From the NCBI GenBank assembly GCA_964016885.1, contig OZ024756.1, forward strand, positions 1,116,001 to 1,180,000: a stretch of 64,000 bases of DNA, read 5' to 3'. This document shows, in pieces, positions 30,914 to 44,284 of the stretch. The number at the start of each line of letters is the position of its first letter. Position 1 is the first letter of the stretch. The notes beneath the pieces are model-generated. The model was not told the origin of the DNA. It saw only the letters and a program-made list of their open reading frames with translations, and did not search any database. Source of the stretch: Eledone cirrhosa (Eukaryota). Both the position numbers and the translations under genes were made by a program.

Positions 30914-32926
30914 TTATTTGACTTTGAAAACGATATAATTTCTATCATACAAGGAGTCAAATTCAAGAGAAACTTCAAAGGCCAGGAATATCTGAAAGGC
31001 ATTAAGGATAATATTGAGAGCTTAGAGAAAACTGAGAAGATCTTGGTGAAATCTGACAAGACCAACAACCTCTATGGAGTGCAAAAAGACATGTATAATG
31101 GCCTCATACTGAAAGAACTGAGGAAAAAGTACAAGGTAGCAGATAAGGCCGAGCTTGAGAAAATGAATGTTGAGGCATCTTGTATAATGCATGAGTTGGA
31201 AATTGAGAACAGAACACAACCTTTCGTGCCCAGGAAACCGAAGATCAATATGAAAGATCACAAAAGAAATTTTGAAAATGACTTGCCAGTCAGATTGATT
31301 GCACCATCAAAATCGGACCTGGGTAAACTAAGCAAAAACATTCTTGACAGGGTGATACAGCAAATTAAAAACTTGAATTGTTTGCCTAACTTGAGCTTGT
31401 GGAAGGGAACTGGAGAGGTTGTTGAGTGGTTTAAAGAAATTAAATATAACAATAATAATAAGTTTATTCAACTAGATATTGCTAACTATTATTCTTCTAT
31501 TACCCCTAATCTACTAAATAAGGCACTAAATTACGCATTCAAACATACAGACCTAACTAGCAATGAAATGCACATTATATTATCGGTTAGGAAAACATTG
31601 ATAGAATTTAATGACCAACTATGGACCAGAGCAGATAGAGATAACAATTTTGACATTACTATGGGATCATCCGACTCAGCTCAGGTAACTGACCTTGTGG
31701 GCCTATTTTTAATCAATTCGCTGCATAGAAAAATACCCGGTGCTACCGGAGGTTTATATAGAGATGACATGCTTTTACTTATTGCAAATAATAACTCTGA
31801 ACTAAATAGAAAAAGAAAACAAATTACACAATATTTTAATTACTTTAATCTAAAAATAGAAATTGAGAATAACCATAGAATAGTCAATTTCCTAGATGTA
31901 ACATTAAATCTCAACACATGTCTTCACTATCCATTTCACAAGTTGAATGAAAACTTAAACTATGTCAGCTTTAACTCTAACCACCCCAGATCTGTTAAAA
32001 ATACTATAGTAAACTCTGTTCAAAAACGTATCTCTAGAATCTCATCTAATAAAAAGATTTTCGACGAAAAAGCCCACTATTACAATGAAGCGTTAGCTAG
32101 AGCAGGATATAGTGATAAAATTATGTACATAGATAATAATAGACAAACTAAACAAAATAACAACTATTTTAATTACGGCCACAACTTTAACAACTATAAT
32201 AGAAAGCATTACAATAATTCCAAAAGCCAAAAAAGAAATAGAACTAGGAATATAATATGGTTTGCCCCCCCTTTCTCACTAAACATTAAAACCCACATCG
32301 CTAAACTATTTTTTAAAGCTCTTGATAATCGCTTCCCTGGAACACATAGGTATCACTCAATTTTCAATAGACATACTATAAAATTAACCTACTCATCCAC
32401 CAAAAATTTAGCACAAAATATTAATAGAATAAATAATAGGAACTTAAAACCTAGCCAAAATACCGATAATAGCATAAATAATATCCAAGTTAACAAATGT
32501 AACTGTAGAGATAGATCTAAATGTCCGTTAAATAACAATTGCTTAGTTAAAAATATAATATACAACTGTAATGTTAAAACGGACTTTAATTCTTTTAACT
32601 ACGTTGGTTCCACATCGACGGAATTTAAACTTCGCTATAATAACCACAAGAATTCTTTCACAGATCCAAGCAAAAAATCTTCAACAGCACTATCAGGCGT
32701 ACTCTGGCAACTTAGACATTATAACGTTAGATATTCGACGGCTTGGAATATAGTCTCAAGAGGGATTCCTTTTAATTCATCCTCTGAGACATGTGACCTC
32801 TGCGCGGAGGAGATATTCTTTATACTAAAATCTAAAAATTCCCTTAATTTACGGACAAATTTATTCAGTTGCTGCAGACATAGATTGAACTCAACTTTTA
32901 AATATAAATTTAAATTTAAAATGTAG
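30914..32926 (+). CDS. PLE reverse transcriptase + GIY-YIG endonuclease (N-terminus missing)
   Basis: DKT motif (KSDKTNNLY), PVRLI, LDIANYYSSI, MGS, LYRDD, FLDV, SNHP, CNCR...CPL...C, IIY...YVG...FKLRYNNH, CDLC, CRH. No internal stop. Confidence 0.93.
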   Translation, partial: LFDFENDIISIIQGVKFKRNFKGQEYLKGIKDNIESLEKTEKILVKSDKTNNLYGVQKDMYNGLILKELRKKYKVADKAELEKMNVEASCIMHELEIENRTQPFVPRKPKINMKDHKRNFENDLPVRLIAPSKSDLGKLSKNILDRVIQQIKNLNCLPNLSLWKGTGEVVEWFKEIKYNNNNKFIQLDIANYYSSITPNLLNKALNYAFKHTDLTSNEMHIILSVRKTLIEFNDQLWTRADRDNNFDITMGSSDSAQVTDLVGLFLINSLHRKIPGATGGLYRDDMLLLIANNNSELNRKRKQITQYFNYFNLKIEIENNHRIVNFLDVTLNLNTCLHYPFHKLNENLNYVSFNSNHPRSVKNTIVNSVQKRISRISSNKKIFDEKAHYYNEALARAGYSDKIMYIDNNRQTKQNNNYFNYGHNFNNYNRKHYNNSKSQKRNRTRNIIWFAPPFSLNIKTHIAKLFFKALDNRFPGTHRYHSIFNRHTIKLTYSSTKNLAQNINRINNRNLKPSQNTDNSINNIQVNKCNCRDRSKCPLNNNCLVKNIIYNCNVKTDFNSFNYVGSTSTEFKLRYNNHKNSFTDPSKKSSTALSGVLWQLRHYNVRYSTAWNIVSRGIPFNSSSETCDLCAEEIFFILKSKNSLNLRTNLFSCCRHRLNSTFKYKFKFKM

Positions 32927-34003
32927 TTTATTTAGTTTGATTTGTAATTATTTATGAAACTCGCCGATAAATCTTTCGATTTCTTCTTTTTTATTTTAAA
33001 CATTCTTCATGAATAATTAACTACCCTAAAAGCTGATGCTCCAAATATATCGAATAAATTTTACACTAGATAAACTTCTATATTAAATATAAGAACATCT
33101 GTAGACCAAATGGGTATCCTAAACTTTTGGAATGTTTTCTGCTAGACAGGATTTGGTAAATTTTTGATTTTGTTTGCTTTTGATTCTGATGCTTATAATG
33201 AACTTGGCAATATATTGTCGATTAACTTTTGAAGGGCTGATCTCTGTGGTGGATTTGCGGGGCATACTATGTTTTATTTTTTAATTATTTTTTAATATTT
33301 TTTAATATTTTTTAATATTTTTAATATTTTTATTTTTAATATTTTTTAGTTTTCTGTTTATTTATTTTTTGTTTCTGATATTTTTATTAATGTATTGGTG
33401 TCTGTTCTCTATTTCTGCTTGAACGATGGTCATGTAGAGTAGAAACAAGAATAGTATTGTTAAAATTAATATAGACTCTATATATATATGTGTGTGTACA
33501 CACATATATGTATACTAGAATTTTTATAGCACAATGTGAATGTTTTCGTGTGAAATAGGAATTTGCAGAGCTGATCACGTAAATTCACATGTTTATAGTA
33601 TTGAATATGGGATAATCTTCTATTTTATCTCGGCTCTGGTGTAGACCTATGGATTTTTAAACTGGACATATGATCATTATTTTTCACACATTATAGATAC
33701 GTATCTCATTCATGAATACTGATATTTACATTATAATGCCTGTTTTATACGAACTAATATTTCTGCATTGATGAAACATAGTGTTTTAAATCTGCCTCGT
33801 TTATGTCTGGTTATTTTTATTTTTTCTCTCTATATAACGGCTGTTTTCTCTCCTAACCACATATATCTCTCTCTACATTAATACTAGAGCTAAATAAATA
33901 AATAAATAAATAAATAAATGTATCATTGATACGTCATTCAACTGGTGCTCAACTACCTAGTTTCTTTCTCTCTATCTCTATCTATATCTATCTCTCTATA
34001 TTT

Positions 34004-34039
<36 letters not shown>

Positions 34040-34300
34040 ATCTATCTCCCTCTATTTTTTCCTCTCTCTATATATCTCTCTCTGTTTCTTTACATGAATT
34101 TCTTCTCTCTCTCTATCTTTCTATCTCTCTCTATTTAGTTGCATGCATTTCTTCTTTTTCTTCGTTTTTCTTTCTTTCTTTCTTTCTTTCTTTCTTTTTA
34201 CAACTGTCCATAATATTTTTACTACCAAATCAACTTTTCAAATACAAGTCGATGTTGAAAGGTATGTAGAATCTATTTATTTATAAGACTGTTTATATTG

Positions 34301-34366
34301 TATTTTGTCTGAAGAAGGCATAACATATTTTTAATATGATATCCCTGAAATATATATAATGAAATA
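34301..34366 (+). ncRNA. Type I hammerhead ribozyme in the PLE terminal repeat
   Basis: TATTTTGT-CTGAAGA-AGGCATAACATATT...AATATGATATCCCT-GAAA-TATATA-TA-ATGAAATA; stem I 8 bp including G-U pairs. Confidence 0.87.
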
Positions 34367-34406
34367 AATATGGTTTTATAAATATAATTTCCATTTATTT
34401 AATATC

Positions 34407-34429
<23 letters not shown>

Positions 34430-34444
<15 letters not shown>

Positions 34445-35640
34445 GAAATGGGTGGTGGTTGAAATTCAGTTGTGCACGGTTAAATGGTAGTAGACGTGGT
34501 CGCACGGACATGGAAATTTACACACCTATGTAAAAAGTGCCAAGGAAGCAAATAGACGAGGTTTCAAATGTCTAACTTGAAAAATGTGGTCTCTGGGGCC
34601 CCAAAACTGTCTATTTACTATCGCTTTCGGTGAGTTATTTCCCCCTGTTTTCTGCGTTCTTTCGCTGTTAACATGCAGTACCGTTTTATGAAATCGATTC
34701 TGCAGTACCATTTTACGAAATGCCAAACCGAAAACGGTCACTGTTTTCCATCAAAAGAAATAAAACCCTTAAATTTCGAAGAAGGGAGGCATGTTCTCAA
34801 GTACGTTTTTTCCGATATCATTTTTATTTTAATTCTAATACATGTTAACCACCACTAACAGTAAGTAGTATTTTTCAAAGTCAACTGAAAAGTTTAAAGA
34901 ATACATGCATGTAAACTTAATGAATGGGATCTATAAGCCTTTGGATTGCCGAGTTAATTAATTCATTTTTTTTTATATTCATTGTAAACTTAATGAATGG
35001 GATCTATAAGCCGTTTGGTTGCCGAGTTAATTAATTCAGTTTTTTTTTCTAAATATTCATTGTCTTATTTAAAATAACATATCAAACACAACGTTATTTC
35101 GCTGTTAATAAACTATTGCCTTCTACAGTACGTTTCATTTTCAATTTTCAATAACAGTTGCTCTATATTAAATTTAAATACTTCTATAACGAACATACAG
35201 CACCGTTTTATGAAATCGATTCTGCAGTAGAATTTTACGAAATGCCAAACCGAAAAAGGTCACTGTTTTTAAAAAAAAAAAATAAAACCCTTACATTGCG
35301 AACCCCTGTTCTAATACTGGGGTTAGTTATTTCTCCCTCTTCTAATAAACGTCTAATATATAGAGGCCCCTCTTGCTGACCAGGGCAATCAAAGTGTAAA
35401 CTATCATACAAACCTTCATAATATGCATTTTTAAACTTGCATATCATCGACATTGCTATTTCGCTGTTAATAAACAACGCTTTTCACGTCGCTCCACTTC
35501 TCATTGTACGCCGTCCAGCCCCAAGTGCATATTTCTATTTTTTTCCTGAAACTGCTCCTTTATAATAAACTTTCAATAATATTTTTCAAATTATTAACTT
35601 AATAAAAAGTGGCCCCGGGTGCAACCGGGCTCAGCTGCTA

Positions 35641-35641
<1 letters not shown>
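34430..35641 (+). mobile_element. Probable non-autonomous Helitron
   Basis: 3' GC hairpin (CCGG...CCGG) followed by CTAG|T at 35638-35642; internal duplications (34683/35205, 34911/34984); 5' end blurred in (TA)n. Confidence 0.65.
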
Positions 35642-35683
<42 letters not shown>

Positions 35684-36389
35684 AATACCACCATTTTCAC
35701 TGGGCGCTTGAAGTCATCTGAGCTATTGATGTTAAAACTCTACAAGTTCCAACCCACCCCGGAAATCTGCGCATGCGCAGTGATATAGACAGTCTCTACC
35801 TAAAACGTTAACAAAGACGCAGTGACTTCGAACCAAATAGTATTTGAATGTGGCACCATTTCTCTTCGACTGCAGCTACTATGTAGAAGCCCGTCCTTAG
35901 AACATTTCTGTTTACATAAACCAGAAAACACTATGAGAATTGGAAAAACTCCCTGAATAATTGTTTCAACGTTTGGCACAAGGCCAGCAATTACCCAAGT
36001 ACATGACTGGTTCTTTATTTTATGGACACTCTGAATAATGACCAACACCTCAGGCACAGGGAAATTGCACAGCAATACCGCAGCAAATAATTGGATGAAA
36101 ATCTGTATATTCTATTATTAACATCGAAATGGATGTAAATCTTTAGTTTAACTACGAAACAACCTTTATGTAGTTACTCCACTTGCTAGAAATAATAGTC
36201 AAATTTTCCTCAAACATCTACTTAAAGTGCACACGTTTATCTAATCTGCTATCGCATGAGTATTCACACAAACAAACGCACACACACAGAGACGAACACA
36301 CACACAGTCACATAAACACAGGCTCACAGACAGACACACAGACTGACTAACATACTGACTGACAGACAGACATGCCCGCCAAGACATAC

Positions 36390-36440
36390 TTATAAGAAAG
36401 TTCTTCCATGTAAAGTGACTCACAGGATCAGAGCTTATCT
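36390..36440 (-). CDS. Possible small host exon (ISSDPVSHFTWKNFLI)
   Basis: Donor A|gtatgt, phase 1-1, compatible with 29377-29472; weak acceptor. Confidence 0.25.
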
Positions 36441-36999
36441 CTACATTTTATATAAGTAAATAGTACAACTTTATATATTCCCTGGAGGTTCTCCTGAACA
36501 TTGTTTAGCTTCGTAAACTGAGATGGATGAGATTTTAACGTCTTCTAGACACAACGAGACGTTTGTGGAACCATAGAGGGAGCATATTTTAGGCTGGTTA
36601 TTAGGAAATAACAACCAAACTCTCCCCAAAATCACTCTTTGTCATCATAAAAAACAAAACAAAAACGAACTTCTCAAAACTGAAGGGTTCGTTTAATAAT
36701 GAAGTCCGGGGACACAGACAAAAGTATCGTTAACGTAGTTCTCAGGGAGATTCAGCTTGACCTAGAGCGTTACAAGGATGACCCTTTGAATTGCAAGGCA
36801 AGTATAGTCCATCTGACAGATTTGAAACAGTTTTTGTCTGCCCCTTTTCACTGAGGAGGCATGGATCAGCCCGACGTTGTGGGATCGAACCCACGTCTAA
36901 AGATTACGAAGAGAACTTCTTAACCATTCGGCCACGTTGTATCTACGGTAATTGATCAGATAAAGTAGCAGTAAAATTTAGGAAGACGAGAAGGTAATT

Positions 37000-37190
37000 A
37001 GGTGGAGGTACGTAGCCTAGTGGTAAAACTGTTGGACTTACGATCATAATGTTGTGGGTTCGATTCCTGGGCTGGGTTGGGTGTTGTTTCTTGAGCAAAC
37101 CACTTCATTTCACGTTGCTCCAGTTTACTTAACTAAAAATGAGTACCAGTAATATCTGAGGGTTTAACCTTGCAATGGACTGTCTAAGTT
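37000..37190 (+). mobile_element. tRNA-derived SINE (V-domain-like family)
   Basis: TAGCCTAGTGG A box, GGTTCGATTCC B box, body shared with 52492-52710. Confidence 0.75.
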
Positions 37191-37286
37191 AAAAACACTC
37201 GATAACAGAGCAACCAGGCCTTCTCTATTCTGTCCGCCGGGGTTTGGGGCGGCCAGCGCGTGGGACCCCATTTGATCATAATATTG

Positions 37287-39830
37287 TGAGATGGGGAGGG
37301 CGAGAGAGATGGAGGTGATGATAATGGGAGTTTGGTTCCTCTGTGTTCGGACCTGGTGTACATGAGAGATGGGGAGGGCTAGAGAGATGGAGGTGACAAC
37401 AGTGGGTGTTTGGTTCCTCTGTGTTCGGACCTGATGTACATGTGTGATGGGGAAGGCGAGAGAGATGGAGGCGATGACAGTGGGAGTTTGGTTCCTCTGT
37501 GTTCGGACCTAGTGTACATGAGAGATGGGGAAGGCGAGAGACATGGAGGCGATGACAGTGGGAGTTTGGTTCCTCTGTGTTCGAACCTGGTGTACATGAG
37601 AGATGGGGAAGGCGAGAGACATGGAGGCGATGACAGTGGGAGTTTGGTTCCTCTGTGTTCAGACCTGGTGTATATGAGAGATGGGGAAGGCGAGAGACAT
37701 GGAGGCGATGACAGTGGGAGTTTGGTTCCTCTGTGTTCGAACCTGGTGTACATGAGAGATGAGGAAGGCGAGAGACATGGAGGCGATGACAGTGGGAGTT
37801 TGGTTCCTCTGTGTTCGGATATAGTGTACATGAGAGATGGGGAAGGCGAGAGAGATGGAGGCGATGACAGTGGGAGTTTGGTTCCTCTGTGTTCAGACCT
37901 GGTGTACATGAGAGATGGGGAAGGCGAGAGAGATGGAGGCGATGACAGTGGGAGTTTGGTTCCTCTGTGTCAGGACCTGGTGTACATGAGAGATGGAGGC
38001 GATGACAGTGGGAGTTTGGTTCCTCTGTGTTCGGACCTGATGTACATGTGTGATGGGGAAGGTGAAAGAGATGGAGGCGATGACAGTGGGAGTTTGGTTC
38101 CTCTGTGTCAGGACCTGGTGTACATGAGAGATGGAGGCGATGACAGTGGGAGTTTGGTTCCTCTGTGTTCGGACCTGATGTACATGTGTGATGGGGAAGG
38201 TGAGAGAGATGGAGGCGATGACAGTGGGAGTTTGGTTCCTCTGTGTCAGGACCTGGTGTACATGAGAGATGGAGGCGATGACAGTGGGAGTTTGGTTCCT
38301 CTGTGTTCGGACCTGGTGTACATGAGAGATGGGGAAGGCGAGAGACATGGAGGCGATGACAGTGGGAGTTTGGTTCCTCTGTGTTCGGACCTGGTGTACA
38401 TGTGAGATGGGGAGGGCGGGAGAGATGGGGGCGATGGCAGTGGGAGTTTGGTTCCTCTGTGTCAGGACCTGGTGTACATGAGAGATGGAGGTGATGGCAG
38501 TGGGAGTTTGGTTCCTCTGTGTTCGGACCTGGTGTACATGAGAGATGGGGAGGGTGAGAGAGATGGAGGTGATGGCAGTGGAAGTTTGGTTCCTCTGTGT
38601 CAGGACCTGGTGTACATGAGAGATGGAGGTGATGGCAGTGGGAGTTTGGTTCCTCTGTGTCAGGACCTGGTGTACATCAGAGATGGGGGCGATGACAGTG
38701 GGAGTTCGGCTCCTCTGTGTTCGGACCTGGTGTACATGAGAGATGGGGAGGGCAAGAGAGATGGAGGCGATGACAGTGGGAGTTTGGTTCCTCTGTGTTC
38801 GGACCTAGTGTACATGAGAGATGGGGAAGGCGAGAGACATGGAGGCGATGACAGTGGGAGTTTGGTTCCTCTGTGTTCGAACCTGGTGTACATGAGAGAT
38901 GGGGAAGGCGAGAGACATGGAGGCGATGACAGTGGGAGTTTGGTTCCTCTGTGTTCAGACCTGGTGTATATGAGAGATGGGGAAGGCGAGAGACATGGAG
39001 GCGATGACAGTGGGAGTTTGGTTCCTCTGTGTTCGGACCTAGTGTACATGAGAGATGGGGAAGGCGAGAGACATGGAGGCGATGACAGTGGGAGTTTGGT
39101 TCCTCTGTGTTCAGACCTGGTGTATATGAGAGATGGGGAAGGCGAGAGACATGGAGGCGATGACAGTGGGAGTTTGGTTCCTCTGTGTTCGGACCTGGTG
39201 TACATGAGAGATGGGGAAGGCGAGAGACATGGAGGCGATGACAGTGGGAGTTTGGTTCCTCTGTGTTCGGACCTGGTGTACATGAGAGATGGGGAAGGCG
39301 AGAGACATGGAGGCGATGACAGTGAGAGTTTGGTTCCTCTGTGTTCGGACCTGGTGTACATGAGAGATGGGGAAGGCGAGAGACATGGAGGCGATGACAG
39401 TGGGAGTTTGGTTCCTCTGTGTTCAGACCTGGTGTATATGAGAGATGGGGAAGGCGAGAGACATGGAGGCGATGACAGTGGGAGTTTGGTTCCTCTCTGT
39501 TCGGACCTGGTGTACATGAGAGATGGGGAAGGCGAGAGACATGGAGGCGATGACAGTGGGAGTTTGGTTCCTCTGTGTTCGGACCTGGTGTACATGAGAG
39601 ATGGGGAAGGCGAGAGACATGGAGGCGATGACAGTGAGAGTTTGGTTCCTCTGTGTTCGGACCTGGTGTACATGAGAGATGGGGAAGGCGAGAGAGATGG
39701 AGGCGATGACAGTGGGTGTTTGGTTCCTCTGTGTTCGGACCTGGTGTACATGAGAGATGGGGAAGGCGAGAGAGATGGAGGCGATGACAGTGGGAGTTTG
39801 GTTCCTCTGTGTTCGGACCTGGTGTACATG
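37287..39830. repeat. 78-bp minisatellite with 60-bp deletion variants, about 34 units
   Basis: Unit GAGAGATGGGGAAGGCGAGAGACATGGAGGCGATGACAGTGGGAGTTTGGTTCCTCTGTGTTCGGACCTGGTGTACAT. Confidence 0.97.
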
Positions 39831-40143
39831 TGTGTATATTTTTACACAAAGATTTTAGAGGTTGATATTTGTACTGCATCGACTTATCTCTCTTTTACTT
39901 TAAACCTCACACATTGAACACCATTAGGGAAACCATATCTATATTTGATGTAGAAATCTCTTAATCTAATGAAGTGTGTAGAACATTGAGTAATTCTAAC
40001 AAAAGGATGAACCGTTTCGAGTTTATTTTTGTTTCTACTTTCATTGCTGGAGTTGTCGAGATAACTGACACATCACTTTAATATCTAGAAACTGAAACTC
40101 ACATACACACACATACGCACACACACACACATTTATACGCATA

Positions 40144-40209
<66 letters not shown>

Positions 40210-41052
40210 AAGAGTATATATATATATATATATAGATACTCTTTATAATATATGTATGAATATATATATATATATATATATATACTCTTTATAATATATG
40301 TATGAATATATATATATATATATATAAACGCGTTATAATATATGTATGAATATATATGTACGATATATATATACATACACCCCCACATATATATATAGGC
40401 ATATATACAAAGTTTGTTGATGAAAGCGTAACAATATATAGGCATATATATATATATATATATATATACACTCTTTATAATACATCTATAAATACATATA
40501 TATGTACGTACACACACACACACATACACAAGTTTATATATATATATACGCATACGCATACAACCATACATGCATTTTTTTAATGTATGAATGTATGTAT
40601 ATATACATATATGTTTGTGTATATGGATGTATTTATGCATGTATGAATGTGAATGTATGTATATATATGTGTGTGTATGTATATTTGCATGTATGTATAT
40701 AGGCATATGTTTATATGCCTATCTATCACTAAAGGTTTATACCAGAAATATAAAATGAAGGCATTCGACTCCTTGTTGAGGGCGAACGGGAGGCTTTTAA
40801 GTGTGACTTTCCTTAGATGTGTCTAGGCCACCGACATTTTTAATTAAGTCAGTAATGAAATGAAGAATAATTATCTAATCATCTAATTCAACTGATGTTA
40901 TAGGACTGATAAGAAGACAACAAGAACAACAACAAAACCGACACATGAGGGTGTATCTATGTAATCATTTGACTTGTTAGAAATAACAAGCAAGTATCCT
41001 CGAATCACATGCTAACAATTTCAAGAAAATACTGGAAAATGTTAGTCTAGAT

Positions 41053-41364
41053 CAGGGGTGTGCATCATATTCCATTGGCGGGCCACTTTTGAACATTGGA
41101 ACAACTATTAGGGCCATTATATTTATTAAGGACTATTCCAAAGACACACCACAACTTCTTTCCATAACATCGAACTGGGAAATTATAACACACATAACCT
41201 TATCAGTGAAGCCCTTTAGTCAACTAACAGAAAACTGTATTACGGTTACGAAAACAATTCTAAATAAGTGTAGATGGTAAAAATTGAAAACGGTCATCGT
41301 GGGCCACCCTCACTGGTCTGGCGGGCCGGATTGCGGCCTGCGGGCCACCTGTCACACGCCCCTG
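41053..41364. mobile_element. hAT (Charlie-type) MITE
   Basis: TIRs CAGGGGTG / CGCCCCTG; perfect 8-bp TSD GTCTAGAT at 41045-41052 and 41365-41372; subterminal GGGCC motifs. Confidence 0.9.
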
Positions 41365-41493
41365 GTCTAGATGTAATGCCAGGAGACTGTGTCATTTTTT
41401 CATTAAGTTTAAAAAAGGAATTGACATGATGGTCGTGACTGGAAAGCCTTTTAAAATAAAACATCGACCTCATAAAGGCTAGTGTATATGCTA

Positions 41494-41597
<104 letters not shown>

Positions 41598-41731
41598 TTA
41601 TAAACTCAAACAGTCTTTTACAATTAAATAGCTCAAAGAAAGAGATATTTCTGAGCCGTGAAATACAAATTAATATATGATAAACACTAATACAAGTATA
41701 TAAGTGTTTGTATTGCAAACATATATTAATT

Positions 41732-41814
<83 letters not shown>

Positions 41815-41904
41815 ATGAGGGAAAGAGAAACAGAAAATACCGACCACGGCGCTGAGCGGTTTCGTTAGTAGTCACCCTAGTCTAGGCAGCACTGACTCTT
41901 TCTC

Positions 41905-42127
41905 TCTCTATCATCATTTTAAGCTCGCTTTGCCATCTTTCTATGGGTTGGACGGGTCCATTTTAGCACATAATTTGAGATTAGCACTCACCATATCCTC
42001 CCTGGTCCTCCTATACTACGATGTTGTAGTATTTCTTCACCCAGCAATCCTCATCCATGTGCATCACATGTTCATCGCAACACAGTTTGATATCTTGCAC
42101 ACTACTGGTGATTCCTCATACACCCAG
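41905..42127 (-). mobile_element. Decayed RTE-clade 3' end
   Basis: Translates ...[13 protein letters not shown]...; ends CGTCCAACCCAT...TAAAATGATGAT. Confidence 0.6.
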
Positions 42128-42233
<106 letters not shown>

Positions 42234-42236
42234 ATA

Positions 42237-42292
<56 letters not shown>

Positions 42293-42524
42293 CATACATA
42301 TTGTTATACTTTGGGAGGGTCATGTTGCCAATAAGAAACACACGCACCAGTTGCTTTCACTTCAATTTATTATAATAAATTTATAAATTTAGGAATTTAT
42401 AAATTTCTGGTTGGTTGGTTGGTTGGTTCCACAACCAGATGATTGTTTATATATTGTTAAAGTTCTTTCGTCACACATTCACGTTTTCAGATAAAGAATC
42501 TTGCTAAACAAATTCAGAAACGAA

Positions 42525-42641
<117 letters not shown>

Positions 42642-42693
42642 CATACATATATATAGTACAATTACAATATAACAGTTCTATACACACACACAA

Positions 42694-42752
<59 letters not shown>

Positions 42753-43199
42753 CCAATAATGGTATAAATATTCCTTAGAGGCAAATATACATCGGAGTTC
42801 ATACCTTAATCCATTATATGTTTAAAAGGAGAACAAACTTATCTAAAATGGCGGCTATAAAGGGGCATAATTATCTAAGAGAAGTAACTGAGGTGTATTT
42901 AAAAAAAATTAATTATAACTTGCCGAAGTTAAGTGATATTGATGGAGTAGATGTTAGGTGGTGTGTTGGGCACCAAGGTGTACAGTCTTCAATTACGTCA
43001 TCAATTATAAGCTGCAGTGGTCTAGCGTCTTATTAAGGTGGGGAGTAGGGAATGGGGAAAGAAAAGTACTTTAAAAATAGCTAATAGGGGGTCTATTTTA
43101 GTGTTGAGGGGGGAAATTGAGGTTGGACATTTTATAGACTGTTAGAGAAAGAGTAGGGAAGCCTGTGTGAGCAAACTGATTACTGTTTCGGCTCTATTG

Positions 43200-43520
43200 T
43201 TAATACGTGTAGGTGCGGAGCATATATTATAATATGCCTCCATCAGAAACAAATTACATTTCTTCTGCCCTGTCTATTATACCCCATTGGATTGTGTAAC
43301 CAGTGTTGGATTCTATTAATCGAGTAATAGAGTTTACGAGAGAAGTTGAGAACTTGAGAGTTCTATTTTTAAAAGAATGGAGGTGGGATCTAAATCCAGT
43401 TTTGATTTCATTAGATGTAGCTCCTATGTAAGATTTAATACTATCTGTAGTGACTGTGTATTTATAGATCACATTAATAGCTAGGCAATGGCCCTGAAGG
43501 GGAGAGTTGCTAGGGGAGAT
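43200..43520 (-). pseudogene. Decayed PLE GIY-YIG fragment (second Naiad-like family)
   Basis: PLQGHCLAINVIYK...SYIGAT...HLHSFKN...STSL...IQWGII aligns by eye with the C-terminus of the 30914-32926 ORF. Confidence 0.75.
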
Positions 43521-43684
43521 TCACTATTGTGTTCAGGTGATCATGTAAGCTATGGTTATTCACATCCAATCATGTGGTAGGTGTGTTATGGATGTTAGCG
43601 CTATAATAATTGCCTCAATGGCCACCATCATCACCATCGCTAAGAGTAAAGGAATCAATATTACTATTATTATTATTAATACCG

Positions 43685-44270
43685 CGGTGAATTGGCAGTA
43701 TCGGTAGAGGGTCGGACGCCATGCTTTGACGTATAGAGTTACGGCCCTTGCTATTCTGAGTTCAAATCCCGCCGAGGTTAACTTTGCCTTTCATCCTTAC
43801 GGGGTCGATAAAATAAAGTACCAGTAATGCACTGGATAATTGCTGGCCTTGTCCCAAAAGTAGAAACATTTATTAATAATTGTTTCTACTTTTGGCACAA
43901 GGCCAGCAATTATCCAGTGCATTACTGGTACTTTATTTTATCGACCCCGTAAGGATGAAAGGCAAAGTTAACCTCGGCGGGATTTGAACTCAGAATGGCA
44001 AGGGCCGTAACTCTATGCGTCAAAGCATGGCGTCCGGCCCTTATTAATAATGTTATTTGTTACTATTACTTTTATAATCATTATTAACTACCATTATTAT
44101 CGGTAGAGGGTTGGAAGTCATGCTTTCTCGCATAGTTACGTCCCTTTATGGTCTGAGTTCAAATCCCGTCGAGGTTAACTTCGCCTTTCATCCTTACGGG
44201 GTCGATAAAATAAAGTACCAGTAATGTACTGGGTAATTGCTGGCCTTATGCCAAAAGTAGAAACAATTAT
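43685..44270. mobile_element. Three OR1-like SINEs: + (43685-43870), - (43878-44040), + (44098-44270)
   Basis: Family consensus; the first two are tail-to-tail. Confidence 0.9.
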
Positions 44271-44284
44271 TATTATTATTATTG

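Noticed and set aside
30914-34409. Selenoprotein-type Naiad
   Set aside because: No in-frame TGA in the visible ORF, which ends in TAG; no SECIS recognised; the N-terminus is missing.
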